From Vicugna vicugna (taxonomy: Eukaryota), in assembly GCA_013265495.1 (NCBI GenBank), contig MU058452.1, forward strand, positions 62,001-126,000: 64,000 nucleotides of DNA, read 5' to 3'. Under the pieces are notes generated by a model. The model ran no database searches and had not been told where the DNA came from. It saw only the letters and a program-made list of their open reading frames with translations. Of this stretch, positions 24,738 through 37,825 are shown in pieces. The first letter of the stretch is position 1. Each line of letters starts with the position of its first letter. A program made the translations under genes and the position numbers.

Positions 24738-26579
24738 TCCTTCTTCCAAATAATCAGCTAAAAATTGTGTTACCACCATGCCACGATAGGGAACGTTTAG
24801 GGATTTACCTTCGGGTACCTTGCATTAAATCCACCTTCTTTACCACAAAGTCCAGGCAAATCCTTCGTTCATTATCTGGGCTTCTGATCTCACTCCTGTG
24901 GGCAGGATTCCTTCTCCTGGAGGTTTGGCCACCTCACAGCACTCGTGTCCCCACAGATGTCAAGGTTTTACTGAGGCGGATCCTCTGCATGTAACTATTT
25001 TCTCTAATGAAAGTGATACTAACTGTGGGCTTTAGATGTATGGCATTCATAAAAAAAAGCATTTCTGGTTTTGGTAAAATAGTATCTTTGTCTCTATTTC
25101 ACTGTGTTTTCCATGACAGCCGAAATCATCAACTTGGCTGATTCATTGTCAGACGAATACCTTATTTAAAAATGGTAGCATTCTAGCTCTTGTGTCTGGA
25201 AGCCCACCATGCGATTGCCTCTCTGAAATCAGCCACATCACCAGAATCCCCTTTGGAGGCAACTAGTCTTTCATGATTATGTGTGAGAAGCTAAAGGAGC
25301 ATAGAACTTAAATAGACCAGAACCCTTGAAATAGCCCAGAAAGATGCCAGAAGCCCTGCACTAAATCAAGTTGTCTGCAAACAATGGAGAAACGTGAGAA
25401 CCTTCGTTTGGGGATGAAAATCCATTTAATTTACTTAAAACCACATTCAACAACAATTATGCACCATTCGTGATGAAATGTTAACTCAACTACTTTTTCT
25501 TTTTGACAATCTCTTTGAGGTTTTATCCACAGAGAGCCTAACAGGTCCTTGGCTTGCTACTGTAAAGCTTAGATGAGCTGTGATGTCAGGGCTGGCATGG
25601 CCGATGGCCGCTGCTAATGCAACACATGCCTATCATTTGCTGTTGACAGGCATTAATAAAAACCTAATTTGAGGAAATTATGAAAAAACCTGCTCATGAT
25701 GCAATCTGGTTTATGTTTTGGCATGTGGCAATCATTGGTTTGATAGCTGAGAAACCTTCATTTCCAGGACTTTACGGCCTGTGTTTCAATTGCAGACCCA
25801 GCCAGAGCCCCTCACCTCTCCCATGTGTTTGATCTAATTGCCTCAAGACACAGCCACGGGCTTGCTTTATGGTGCTGTTGGCTCAGCCTGAGCCGAGGTG
25901 TGATGGACGCAGGAATCTAGCATGGCTGTCAGAAGTGGTACTTAGCTATTATAAGAAACTTAATTCTGACCTGTCTATCAAAAACATTCGCCACGATTCT
26001 CCCCACCCCCCCTTTAACTTGTTCCTTATGGCCTCTTTGGACTTTCTAGTGGTGTTAGTAGAAAATCTCCCAAGTCTGGAAGAAGAGTTCCCATTGGTCT
26101 CCAGTCTGCAGAAAGAACAAGTACAGAGACCTAGCGTGACTTGTAGGTACCACTGGCCTTGCCTGTTGCTAACGAATGATGTGTAAATTATTTAAATTTT
26201 GATTAAAAGAGATCTTCCTATAAGTGGTGCCCTAGAAAATTTTGTGAAGTTATAAAAAAATGCCAGTGGGAAAGGGTTAAGAAAACTTCAAAATAATCTG
26301 GATTCAGTTCCTGGACTTTCTGGACTCTAATGCTGTCTTTTTAAATACTAGACTTTAAAGAAAACAGTTGACAACTTTTCATCTCCAAAGACGAATTGGT
26401 TTTCCTCCCTGGTTTCTGAATGACATCATCAAAAAAGTTCCCAGATAAACAGTGACAGCAAAGAGTAGCCTTAAGCTCGTCAAACAGAGTTGCTTTAGAC
26501 AAAGGCTGTCCTGTTTCATCTGCCTTCTTTTATTTTTCTGATTTGTTAAATGATGCTCTAGTCCATCCTGTCTGTCCTT

Positions 26580-26705
26580 CTTTTTTTTTCCCTCTTCCTT
26601 CCTCCCTCCCTCTCTACCTACCTACTTACCTTCCTCCTTCCTTCCTTCCTTCCTTCCATCTCCCCATCTTCCCTCCTGCCCTCCCTCTCCTCCTTTCTCT
26701 CTCTT
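26580..26705. repeat. Polypyrimidine (CCTT/CCCT)n low-complexity tract
   Basis: Direct reading. Confidence 0.85.
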
Positions 26706-27107
26706 GGTGTCTGACTTTGATTGCTCTTTCTCTGTCATATACATTCCATTTCAGTTAGATTTTTTTAAGAATCAAGTTAAGTCTGAAGACAGCTAAATTG
26801 GACACAGAAAGCAGGTGTTTCTCTGCTAACACTGCAATGCGGGAATGGTTTGCTGCCCCTTTAATTCAGCAGTAGGACCTTCTGTCTAATTAGGAATCAC
26901 AGAGTCAACTGAAGAAGAGGAGCTGTTCTCTCCCTGGAATGGTAGAGAGAGCACTTCCCTGTGTGATGGGATGGTAGCGTTTCTGCTCTCCTTGTCTCAG
27001 TGTTCCACCGCTGGCGGTGTGTTCGTTGGATTCAAGACTTTGTTCCTTCTAAAATTGGAGGCATTACAGGGAACCCTTCTGGGACAGATAGCATTTCGTG
27101 GGAGGGC

Positions 27108-27397
27108 TTTTTATTGAAGAACAGTTGATATACAATGTGCTGATTTCTGGTGCACAGCATAGTGATTCAGTTATACATATACATATATATATATATTCCT
27201 TTTCAGATTCTTTTTCACTATAAGCTATTACATGGTATTGAATACAGTTCCCTGTGCTCTGCAGTAGGACCTTGCTGTATATCTTTTTTATATGTAGTAG
27301 TTTGTATCTACAAATCCTGAGCTCCCAATTTATCCCTTTCCACCCCCTACCCCCCCGGCCCCCAATAACCATAAGTTTGTTATCTATGTCTGTGAGT
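27108..27397 (-). mobile_element. Cetartiodactyla-type L1 3' end
   Basis: gtgattcagttatacatata..ttttcagattc..cagttccctgtgct..gtaggaccttg..taaccataagtttgtt..tatgtctgtgagt. Confidence 0.9.
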
Positions 27398-27504
27398 TGG
27401 GGCAGGTAACATTATAAAACTTAGTTTGTCATAAATTATTGACCACATACCATAGAGCGTTAGGGTCGAGAAAGCTGAGATCATCTCGGTAGACTGTCAT
27501 TTTA

Positions 27505-28310
27505 AAAAAATTATATAAGTGTAATTTATATGTAAAAATGCACTTATTTAAGTGTCTTATTTGATGCATTGCTATCAATGTAAATGATCAAGATATATAA
27601 CATTTCAATCACTCACCCTAAATTTCCCTCATGTACTTTCCAGAAGTTTCCATAAGTGGTATTATATCGTGTGTGTTCTTTTGCGTCCGTTGTCTTTGAC
27701 TCAGCATAATGCTGTTACACTGGTCAACAGTCTATTCTCTCATTGCTGAGCAGCATGGTTATAGCAGAGTCTGTTTATCTGGGTATTCACATGTTGATGG
27801 ATCTTTGAGTTATTTTTAGCTGTCATGACTGGAGTCACCATGAACATTCCTGTACAAGTCTTTGTGTGCAATATGTTGCCATTTCTCCTGGAAAAATGTC
27901 TAGGAGTGAAATTGCAGAGTCATATGGTAAGTATACGTGTAACTTTACAAGAAACTGTCATCTCTTTTCCAAAGTGCTTTTACCATTTCGTGCACTGGTT
28001 CTGACTATTCCACACCCTTGCAAACACTTGCTGTTTTCAGTCTCTTAAAGTTTTAACCATCCTAGGGTGTGAGTAGTGATGATATCTCACTGTGGTTTTA
28101 TTTTGCACTTACCAAATGGCAACTGCTGTTGAGCATCTTTTGATGTGTTGATTATCCATGTGCTTTTGTGATGTCTTTGTTCAAATCATTGTGCATTTTT
28201 AAATTGGGTTGCCTTTTCATTATTAAGTCATGAGAGGTTTTTTCCTAATATAAAATTTGGTTACATGTTCTTTATTATACATAAGCCCAGCAAATATTTT
28301 CTCCAAGTAT
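27505..28310 (-). mobile_element. Older L1 (L1MB/L1MC-like) 3' fragment
   Basis: atgaacattcctgtacaagtctttgtgtg..ctaggagtgaaattgc..catatggtaagtat..atctcactgtggttttattttgcac..gttgagcatctttt. Confidence 0.85.
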
Positions 28311-28349
28311 TTAATAGCACAAATCTTGATCATTACTTTTAAAAATTCC

Positions 28350-30540
28350 TCAGTTATTTTCAACTGTTTATTCTCTCAGATATATTCTGTAATGATTTTG
28401 TTAAGTTTAGGAAAAAAATAGTCACTTTGAAATTTTAATTTAACTTGTTAAATTTACCAATGAACTTGAGAGAAGGTAGACAGGTTTATAAAATTGTTTT
28501 CCCTTCCTGTCATATGGTATGACTTTCCATTTATTAAACTCATATTTTAAGTAAAGTTTTATGTTTCTTTAAAAGAATCATGAATATTTTTGTTCATGCT
28601 TAAATATTTATTTTAACATTCACTTTGATGTGATAGATTTTCCCACTGTATTGTTTAACTATTTCCTCTGTATTGTCAAACTATTATGTAAGATAGTTGT
28701 TCATTTTTTAATATTTATTGCATTACCTGGGACAGGTTATCTTTCAGTAATTACCCTCAAATCTTAATTCAACACAATAAACATCTATTTCTTCATCATG
28801 CAGAGCTCTCTGCAGGTCTGGGCAATTCTCCAGGAAAGTTACTCTTCATGTGTTGACTCAGTGACCAGACTGGATTTACCCTTGGGGCACCTTTATATCC
28901 AAAAATGCTTTCACAATTGCAATTGCCTTAGCCAGGGAAAGGCCAATTGGAGAACTGAACACAGGCAAATAAACACTTTAGCCTAAAACATACATGGGTC
29001 ACTTCTGCTCACATTTTATTGACCAGCAGCTTGTCACATGGCCATGACTACCCTTAAGGGAGTTAGGAAGCCAGGCACTCAGACGTAGAGGAAAATGGAA
29101 TACTTATAAATATTAATATGTCCTCCATATTTGTTTTGTTGATGAAAATCTCTTATTAGGTATAAGAATATTTGATTTGAGTTTTCGAAGGTTCTTGGTA
29201 GTTCACGTTATCTTTAAAAAAAATTCTTTGCCCCCTTTTAAAAAGAATGTGATATTGGTGAAAACTTTTTAAATGATTTCAATTAGTAGCAGTAACTTGA
29301 GGATATTTTAATCTCTTACTTGAACTTAAAAAGCACACCTCAACTGTTGTATAAATAAATGTCAGTTTTGCTATCATTTCACATAGAAAACTGAAAATGG
29401 AAAGAAGCTTCCAAACATAATAAAAATAACTTGCATTAAAATGGTGTTGAATTTTCCAAGTGACTTCTCAAAATCTATTGCAATAATCATTTACTTTTTC
29501 TTCCTTGATCTATTGGTGTTATGGATATCAGTATATTGTTTTATGTTAAGCCATCCTTACATTTATAGACTAAATCATTCCTGATTATTTTTTCTTCTCC
29601 TGGGAAATGTACTTGATTTAATGGGATTTTATATAGTAATCTTTTTAATAATATTAATTATTGAGATGCACCTAGAATTGTCCGTTTGTTGTCATCTTAG
29701 TTAGTTTTTAGGTGTCAGGGATGTATTGCCTTTAAAAACAAATTGAGAAGTCTTCCATGTTTTTACATGCCCTAAAATAGCTTATATACTATGGGAAAAA
29801 TGAGAAAGAAATACATCTATACAATCATGTAGGCATCTTACTTGGAGGTTAATCACTGAATTGTTGTCATTTCTCCCTTTATCTTTCGTCTGTTTGCATG
29901 CACACATATACAAACCTTTTTAGAATTTATTTTGATGATTTATACACCCTCAGAAAAGTTTCTAATCTTTTTATAGTTTCAAGTATCAGAAAGTTTTCTA
30001 TATTATTTTGCTTTTTCATTAAAAAACTTTTGTATTTATTTTGTTGTATTTGTTTTCTTTTATTCGTGAATAAATTTGATGGTTTTAGTATATTTTCCCC
30101 CAAATAGCAATTCTTGTATTAATATTTCAGTTTCGCTTCATTTCTTTTTCTAATTTATTAATACTGCCTTAGTTTTATTCTTCCTTTTCTTCCACTTGCT
30201 TTGGTTCCCATTTTGTTGTTCTCTTTCTAACTTCTTTCTTTGATTTCATTTTTTTCCCATTTAATAACATAAGTGTTTGCACCTGCAAACTTCCTTCTGA
30301 ATACATCTTTGGCTACGTCATTGTCCGATGGTACATAATCATCCAATGTATATTATTGTTTAAAAAGCTTGTAATTTCCTTTTCCTTTCCTCTTTGAAAT
30401 AATTTAGAGGGGAGGATACATAAACTTCTCAATGATATGCTTCTTACGATGTAATACTTTATTATTAATATCTAGTTTAATTGTGTGGGTTAATAAATGG
30501 AACACACACAGTTTCTATTTGTTGAGATTTTCTTTGAAGT
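28350..30540 (-). mobile_element. Degraded ancient L1 body, apparently interrupted by an MLT1-like LTR (about 28735-29130)
   Basis: T-rich antisense L1-like text (ggtgttgaattttcc, gttaagccatccttacattt); the insert has MLT1-like cacttctgctcacattttattgacca..gtcacatggcc. Confidence 0.55.
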
Positions 30541-31903
30541 CTAACACTTGCAGAGTTATTTTAAATCAATAATCGTCATGGTTCAGGGAGAATAAGTTTC
30601 CCTGAGGTGCTGGTTGAAATGCACAAATCTAGACCCCTTCTAAAGATGATGATGTTTTAGGGGTGAGGGTTTTCATTTTTCACCAATAATTAATTGACTC
30701 TGGTATAGTTATATTCAGAGAAGTACAACTATAAATGATGGAGTGACATTTGAATACAAACTATATTCTTCATTTTGGAGGACAAAGTCCTGTATTCTAG
30801 AATGGTTTTTTTTTAATTAGATTTAAAAAAAAATTCTTAGCAATGACTCTACACATTTGAAAGAAAAGGGGATTTAATATGAGAAATTAGGTGTTTCCAA
30901 AATCACCAGAAGCATTGAAGGGGTGGGACTTCAGCTGGCCACCTAGGGAAGCTTCCAGAACACTAAAGAAGGGAGCTGACAGCAAAGCTAATATTTCTGA
31001 GTCCTCTGCTGCAGCTGGCCCTCAACACTCAGGAACTTGCGGAGAATGGAAACTAGAGCCTAGTTCCCACAGTATAATTTGCAGCTAGAAACAGATAAAA
31101 AGGAGTCAGGGGTCTGACAAAGGTCATCTCTTCCCTTACTGCCTTCCAAATCCTGCATAAGAGCATCTGAGTGACAGAACTAATCCACATCTAGAACTGA
31201 AAAGGAGTCTGGAAATGAGAGCTTTCCTCTTTTTCCCACTAGAAAGATGATGGGGTGAAATGTGAAAGCATCAATATACAGGTAGAAACAATTTGTGTTA
31301 GTGGTGTGGTCATGGACTTGAGTGGAAAAAAAAAAAGACCACATGAGATACCTGGAAGGAGAAATCCATGCTGTGTTAACAGATGGCTTATGACAGAGAT
31401 GGATAAGTTAGAGATGGCTTCAAGACTTTGGTCACGGGTTGGGGCAGAAGTCAAGGAGCCATGCTGGGTGTGTGTATAAGTAGAAGCAGATAGTAAATGT
31501 TATTTTATTAATTTTGAGTTCAAGTTAACAGAACCATTCAAAGAACATATAGCATTTAATAAAATACCTGAGCCTACCAACAAAACAAAGCAAAACAAAG
31601 CAAAAAACCCATAAACATTTGAGAAAAAAGCAGTTTATATATTTAATACATAGGAAAAAATATATCCTATATTGAAGCTACCAGAATAAGTATAAAGAGA
31701 AATTTAAATTAGATACAGTATCTTAAGTTAAAAAAACAGGAATGGATGAAAACTATTGTATAAAGAAATGTATCAAAACAGAAATCACTCACGCTGGGAC
31801 ATAGAAAACATAGATTAAAGTTTTGATTCTGTTTTTATATGACATGCTACATGAGCAAGTAATTTAATCTTTAATGAAGTCCATTTTCTCTATAAAATAA
31901 GAT

Positions 31904-32290
31904 GTAGCAGTTAGGTATTGCTATGTAACAAAATTCTTCCAAAACACATTGGCTTGAAATAATAAGCACTGAGTATTTCTCATGAGTCTGAAAGTCAGCT
32001 AGGTGGTTCTTCTGGATAAGACTGGGTTTATAGTCTGGGGAGGCAGCCTGCTGATTTTGGCCAAGCTCTCTCACATGTATGTGTTGACAAACTACAGGCT
32101 GGTCTAGGATGGGTTTTTATAGGAAAACTAGCATCTCCTCTATATGGGAACAAGCTTGTTTAATTGGCAAAGAAAAGTTTTAAGAGAAAAAGTGGACATG
32201 TCCAAAGCTTCTTGAAGATGAGGTTGGGAATTGCAACCCTCATTCTCAGTGTATTTAAGTCACATAGGGCAGTCACAATTTAAGGAGCTG
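31904..32290 (-). mobile_element. Old MLT1-type MaLR LTR
   Basis: tgtagcagttaggtattgctatgtaacaaa..ccaaaac..tggcttgaaataata..tttctcatgagtctg. Confidence 0.7.
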
Positions 32291-33654
32291 GGCAAAAGGC
32301 CCAGGAGGTAAAAAAACTAACAAACTACAAATGGTAGCTGTATTTAAGGCAAGGGATTACGAGTATTTTTCATATTTCTTCTTTTTGCTAATATAAGTTT
32401 TAGAACATTTTTACCTTGAACTTGATTGTTGTAACTAGAAAAATTATACTTTAAATATATTCATTTCTTAGGAAATAAATTATCAGTATAAAATAAACAT
32501 TAATTCATTTGCAGCCTGATTATCAACTAATGTGACTCTCTGGTTTGAAGGTTTAGCAAAACTGACTTGAACACCCTTTCCTAAAATTATGCATATTATT
32601 TGCATAAATAGGTCCTTTTGAAATTTCTGTGAATTCCCAGGAGATTAGGCTCTTTTGATCCTACTTTCTATGTCTACACAACAGCAGATCTCAGCCACAG
32701 TGGCCATTGCTTCATTTCTGTACACCTTGGACCTCTGTCTCTTTTCCTCGCTTTTCTCACAAGCAGCATTAACAGTAGGCTTTTAGGAATGCACAGAGTT
32801 TATTGAGAGTTTGGAGTGATCAGGGTGGTGTGAAAAATAACTTCACCATATCACAGAGAAAACAACTTAAAATACTAGATGTATTTGTCCTTAAAGGCTC
32901 CTCTCCCACACTGCTCTGCCCCGGCCAAAGCCCTTACTCCCCTTAGGCTCTCTCTGCAACTTTGTTGCTTGAATTTTTCTTCCTCTGCGGGCTCTTTCAC
33001 ACCTTGGCCCTCCCCATGAGGCATAATCCTAAAAATTCTTGATTTTTTTCTCATGTATACCAGGTTAGTCTATTCTCTTGTTTTCTGCCTTCTTTCCCAG
33101 TATACCTTTTGAAAGAGTCAACCTTTAAGCATTGCAACAAAATACATTGCTTTACGTATGAAGAAATGGGGGATTCATTCCAGGAAGAAGTATGTGGTGT
33201 TATTCTGCAGGGATAAAAAATAACAATACTCATTGCTATTTAAAATCTTCTAAAAATCATTCACATATGAATTTATTCAATAATTTTTTTTAAGCATACT
33301 CTATCTTCCAGGCACTATGGTCAGCCTTAGGAATTCAAAAGTGAGCATATTCTTGTCTTCATAGGGACAAGAATACCATCTCATCTCCTAAAGTTGCTGG
33401 GAGAATAAAGTATTGCTCTAAATGCTTGTTTTACAGACAATCTTTCCTCAAGGTTTTTATATGCTATTAAAAACACAAAGCGCATACACCAAGCTCCATG
33501 GGACATAACGCAAGTGGAACCTGAAATCAAGGCGAAAAACCAACAGTGACGAATGTTTGCAAAAGCTCTCAGCAAAGAAAATGATTCATTAATTTTCCAA
33601 CCAACAATCTCTAGTTGCTTCCTTACTGCTTAGCAGCAAACTCCTAGAGGCCAG

Positions 33655-34143
33655 TGTGAACGAAAAATACTGCAAACCATGTCAGTAAACAAGGAACGCT
33701 GAAGCCATCAAGTCATCAACGGCTGCCCCCACCCCCCAGTGAAGACAAGCCTGCAGCCCGGCCTCTTCAGCCACTCACCATGGTGCCCTCTGAGGGGACT
33801 CAGAATAAGAAAGGACAGGTTACTGGCCCCAGAGAGCTAGGGGCTTGTCAAAGGAATGAATTCAATGAGCCCAAATGTTTGCTTCCTCCCATACATAAAA
33901 AAGCGCTAAATTCTTGAACTTGAGATGCCTGGTTTTCTTTAGTTAACAAGTCATCTTTTAATGTTCCAACTACCTGGTCTTTTGTTGTAAAACTCCAGTA
34001 TATCCTAGCTCCTCTTCGGAGTAGTCCCTGAGCGATCTAAGAGGCTGTCATCTTGGGCTCGAAGGAGTTCGAGTCCTCAGAAATGTCCGCCAAATAAAAC
34101 AAAACTTTCAATTTTTCAGGCTGTGTATTTATTTCAGTCGACG
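33655..34143 (+). mobile_element. ERV1 (MER4-group-like) solo LTR (family B, copy 1)
   Basis: tgtgaa...cagtcgacg termini, AATAAA at about 34093, 4-bp TSD CCAG (33651-33654 and 34144-34147); homologous to the reverse complement of 62315-62784. Confidence 0.9.
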
Positions 34144-35571
34144 CCAGGATGGTTCAGAAGGGGCTTATCCCCCGTTTCCCTGACCTCAAGCATCTCTCTG
34201 CCAACCCGAGAAGGCACAATGTGTACCTAAGAAGAAATCAGAGAGTATGAAATACTAAATACTTAATCACAACTATAATTTTGATGGCCATATGGAAAGG
34301 CACAAGTCCATGAGGGTCGATATGTCCCAAGGAAACTGCAGAAGAAACAGGTCTTGATACACTTGAGCAATGTCAAAAGCATCTCGGTTTACCTCATCCT
34401 GGACTCAAAATTGGGCCAACTTGTGGATGAATAAACTGCACCATATTTATGTCTCAAAAATAGACTGGCCACCCCAAAATGCTACCAAAAATGGCTTCTT
34501 TCATGGTTAGTCCTCAATGCTGTCTCACTAAATGCATAAGAGAAACACTTAATCAGAATCCATTACAACGATGTCAACCTGTTAATAATTATAAAAAAAA
34601 ATCTACAAATTTTTTGTGGGTGACAGTCAACCTCCAAGCAGGCAAGAGGTTGGTTGGGGGTGGTAGTGGATGGAATTCAATAGCCCATTCAGTGTTGAAA
34701 TGTGAACACTAAGGCCACTTTTTGGATAAATTCAAGCCAGATTTGGCCTGCAGCTCTCGCTGGGCAGTTCCCAGATGAGAGCGGGGCTTCAGCCTGTGGA
34801 GAAGAAGCGCAGAATAATGCCTCTTTGAATGAGTTTCAAAATAGCACTGCAATGCAGACTGACAACTTCTGATGCCAAACGGCCAGGAACACACATAACA
34901 GCAGTCTGTCCACTAAAGGGGATGGTTATTAATATAAATTAAAAACCTGAAATAGAAACCAGAATAACCTGGCATCAAAGGACCAGCCTAACAGTGAGAC
35001 ACCAGCGTTTTTAATCAAACCAAGTCTAGATGGGACTAGAAATAATAGTTACTTTATAACTGGCAATGACTATAGCTTTTCTGTGCAACATTTAAATAAA
35101 TAATAGCATTCTGCAACCACATAAAATAGAGTACCCAAAATGGACCCATTCAGCTATAAAAGTGGATACTGATGTAGTTGGATGGAGCTTTTAAGACTAC
35201 GATAATTTCTGAGCAGATCAGAAGGAGGATGGCTTGCAGACATTAGAATTTTTACTGGGGCAGAAGTTTCACTATGAAAATCTCTGGGAACAGTCATGTC
35301 TTTGGTTGAGTTGTCTAGTTGATGAGCTAACACCCAACTCTCAACTTGGCTTCTTTGTGAAAAATGGCCATCAAGGGATAAAGACATTGTAGGAATAGCT
35401 GAAAAGGTTGCCAGTCTGTGGTTTAAGGCTCGGTATGAAAGAAGCTTGAGCTGGTCCTTTGGTCTGCAGGGTGCAACATCAAAATGTATGCATGCTTTGC
35501 TCCTGTGCTGAATGTCAAGTGCACAAACGCCCCCGCGAGAGACCATCTCTTAAACCATCCTTGAGACTCTT

Positions 35572-35968
35572 TGTATTAGTTTACTAAGGCACTGATAACA
35601 TAAAACTCAGACTGGGTGACTTAAACAGTGGATATTTCTGTTCTCGTAGTTCTAGAAGCTGGAAATCCAAGATCAAGGAGTCTGCGAGACTGGTTTCTTC
35701 TGAAGGCTCTCTCCTTGGCTTGTAGACGGCTGTCTTCTCCTTGGGTTTTCACAGGTCTTCTCTCTGTGTGTCTATGTTCTGGTCTCCACTTCCATAAGGA
35801 CACAAGTCAGACTGGATTAGGGCCCACTCTAATAAACTCGTTTGAACCTAGTTACCTCTTTAAAGACCCTCTTTCCAAATACAAGCGTGCTCTGAGCTAC
35901 CTCCCAGTGGGCAGGGGTTAGGATTTCAACATATGAATTCTGGGGAGGACAGAATTCAGCTCGTAACG
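35572..35968 (-). mobile_element. MLT1B-like MaLR solo LTR, near full length
   Basis: tgtattagttt..agactgggtgacttaaaca..gttctagaagctggaaatccaagatcaagg..ggattagggcccac..ggggttaggatttcaacatatgaatt..aattcagc. Confidence 0.9.
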
Positions 35969-36967
35969 CCCTCTCTCCCTCCCTGCTTGATTCTTTCTCC
36001 TGCAGGTGCCACCACCTGAAAGTGCACGTGTGTTGGCTTAATTGTCCATCTCTTCCCCTGGAGCAGAAGTGCTCTGAGGGCTGGGCTGCCCTGGCAGCTG
36101 GGACCACGGCAGCATTTCCACATGGAGAACATTGTCTGACTCACACAAGTGGGGACTCAAATATTTGTGGAATGAATGGCCTTGGATGGACTTGGGTTTC
36201 AATGGAGAGCCAGATACTCAAACAAACAAGGCATGTTAGTTAGCAAACATAGGTATTTGTGAAAGTCTTGAGACGTATTCTTTTTAACTGTCAAAGGCCT
36301 CTTTTCAAGCAAAGAACCTACACTGTCTCAGTAAAGTTTTATAATCTGTGGTCAAAGTTCACGTAAACTTGCCAACAGTGTTTCCTTGGGAAGGACCATT
36401 CAATATTACTGGAAATATATACCTTGCTTTTTGGTACTAAAATATTTTAGGGAAAAAAATGGTGATACTATTAGAAAGACTTTAAAAAGTGGAATGTCCT
36501 TATTTGGAAGCAAAAAAAAAAAAAAAGAAAGAAAAGAAAGAAAAAGAAGAAAGATAAAATATTTTTTTAAACAATGTTGCTTCTCCTGAAACCCCAGCAT
36601 CTGCGTACCATGGTCATGAGCCTACTTCCTGTTATCAGTTAACTGACTTCCAGAATCTCCTTCCCGGGCTTCTTTGGTAATGAGTTTTGGCATGTGGGAG
36701 TTAATTTCATTTCCCTTTTTGTGCTTAAAAATGAAAAATAAAAAAAGCAAAGGAAACATAAATAAATACCCACAGACCTGTCTTTCATAAACCTGTAGTT
36801 CTCCCTGATGTTGCATAGAGGTTTCAGGACGACAAGGCTGCCCTTGTTATACCTGATGGAGGAATTAATCACAGAGCACAGTCCATGAATTAGAGCCATT
36901 GTCGAGTAATAAGGATGAATTAAATGTGTGAGATGCCAGCTTCCAGCCGAGGAGATTTTCTCTCAGG

Positions 36968-37100
36968 ACATAGTTCTCAAACGTGATGTGCGTCAGCCCC
37001 GCGCGGATGACTGGACATCAGTCCTAGAGTTTCTGGTTCAGTGGGTGTAGGGGTGGGCCTCAGAAACCATCCCTAACAGCTTCCCAGGTGGTGCTTACAA
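36968..37100. mobile_element. MER5A-like hAT-Charlie fragment
   Basis: gttctcaaac..agagtttctggttcagtgggtgtaggggtgggcc..taacagcttcccaggtg. Confidence 0.65.
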
Positions 37101-37387
37101 TTCTCTAGGGCATTACTTTTACTTTTAGGACGTCTCCCTACGAAATCGTGCTGGCATTGGAGAGCTGGCACCTGGCTTTTCTGAAGACATTTTCCCAAAG
37201 GCCTAGGTGATTCTGACAGTTGGCAGAGAGGTTAAAGTAGAGAGAAGGTAGCAATTACACAATGTTCCACCCTCTCCCCTGCTGACATTTTGAGAGTTCC
37301 TGCTTTGGAAGCCAAACTACTTTCAGAGCTAATTACCTGGGGGAAGGGAGGGCAACTGGGTAGATATTTAGTCTCAAAAAATGCATC

Positions 37388-37825
37388 ATTATGCCATTTG
37401 CAGCAACATGGATGGACCTAGAGATGATCATATTAAGTAAAGTAAGTCAGAGAGAGAAAGACAAATACATGATATCATTTATAGGTGGAATCTAAAAAAA
37501 TGGATACAAATGGATACTTATTTACAAACTGGAAATAGACTTATAGACATAGAAAACAAACTATGGTTACCAAAAGGGAAAGGGGAGGAGGGATTAAATT
37601 AGGAGTTTAGGATTAACATATACACACATTACTATATATAAAATAGATAAACAACAAGGACCTACTGTACAGCACAGGGAGCTATATTCAGTACCTCGTA
37701 ATGGCCTATAATGAAAAAATAATATGAAAAGAAATATATATATATATATATGCGTGTGTGTGTATAAGTGAATCACTTTGTTATACACCTGAAACTAACA
37801 TTGTAAATCAATTATACATCAATTA
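37388..37825 (+). mobile_element. 5'-truncated Cetartiodactyla-type L1 (ORF2 C-terminal remnant + 3' UTR) with TSD
   Basis: Encodes MPFAATWMDLEMIILSKVSQREKDKY (L1 ORF2 end); 12-bp TSD AAAAAATGCATC (37376-37387) / AAAAAATGTATC (37826-37837), one mismatch. Confidence 0.93.
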
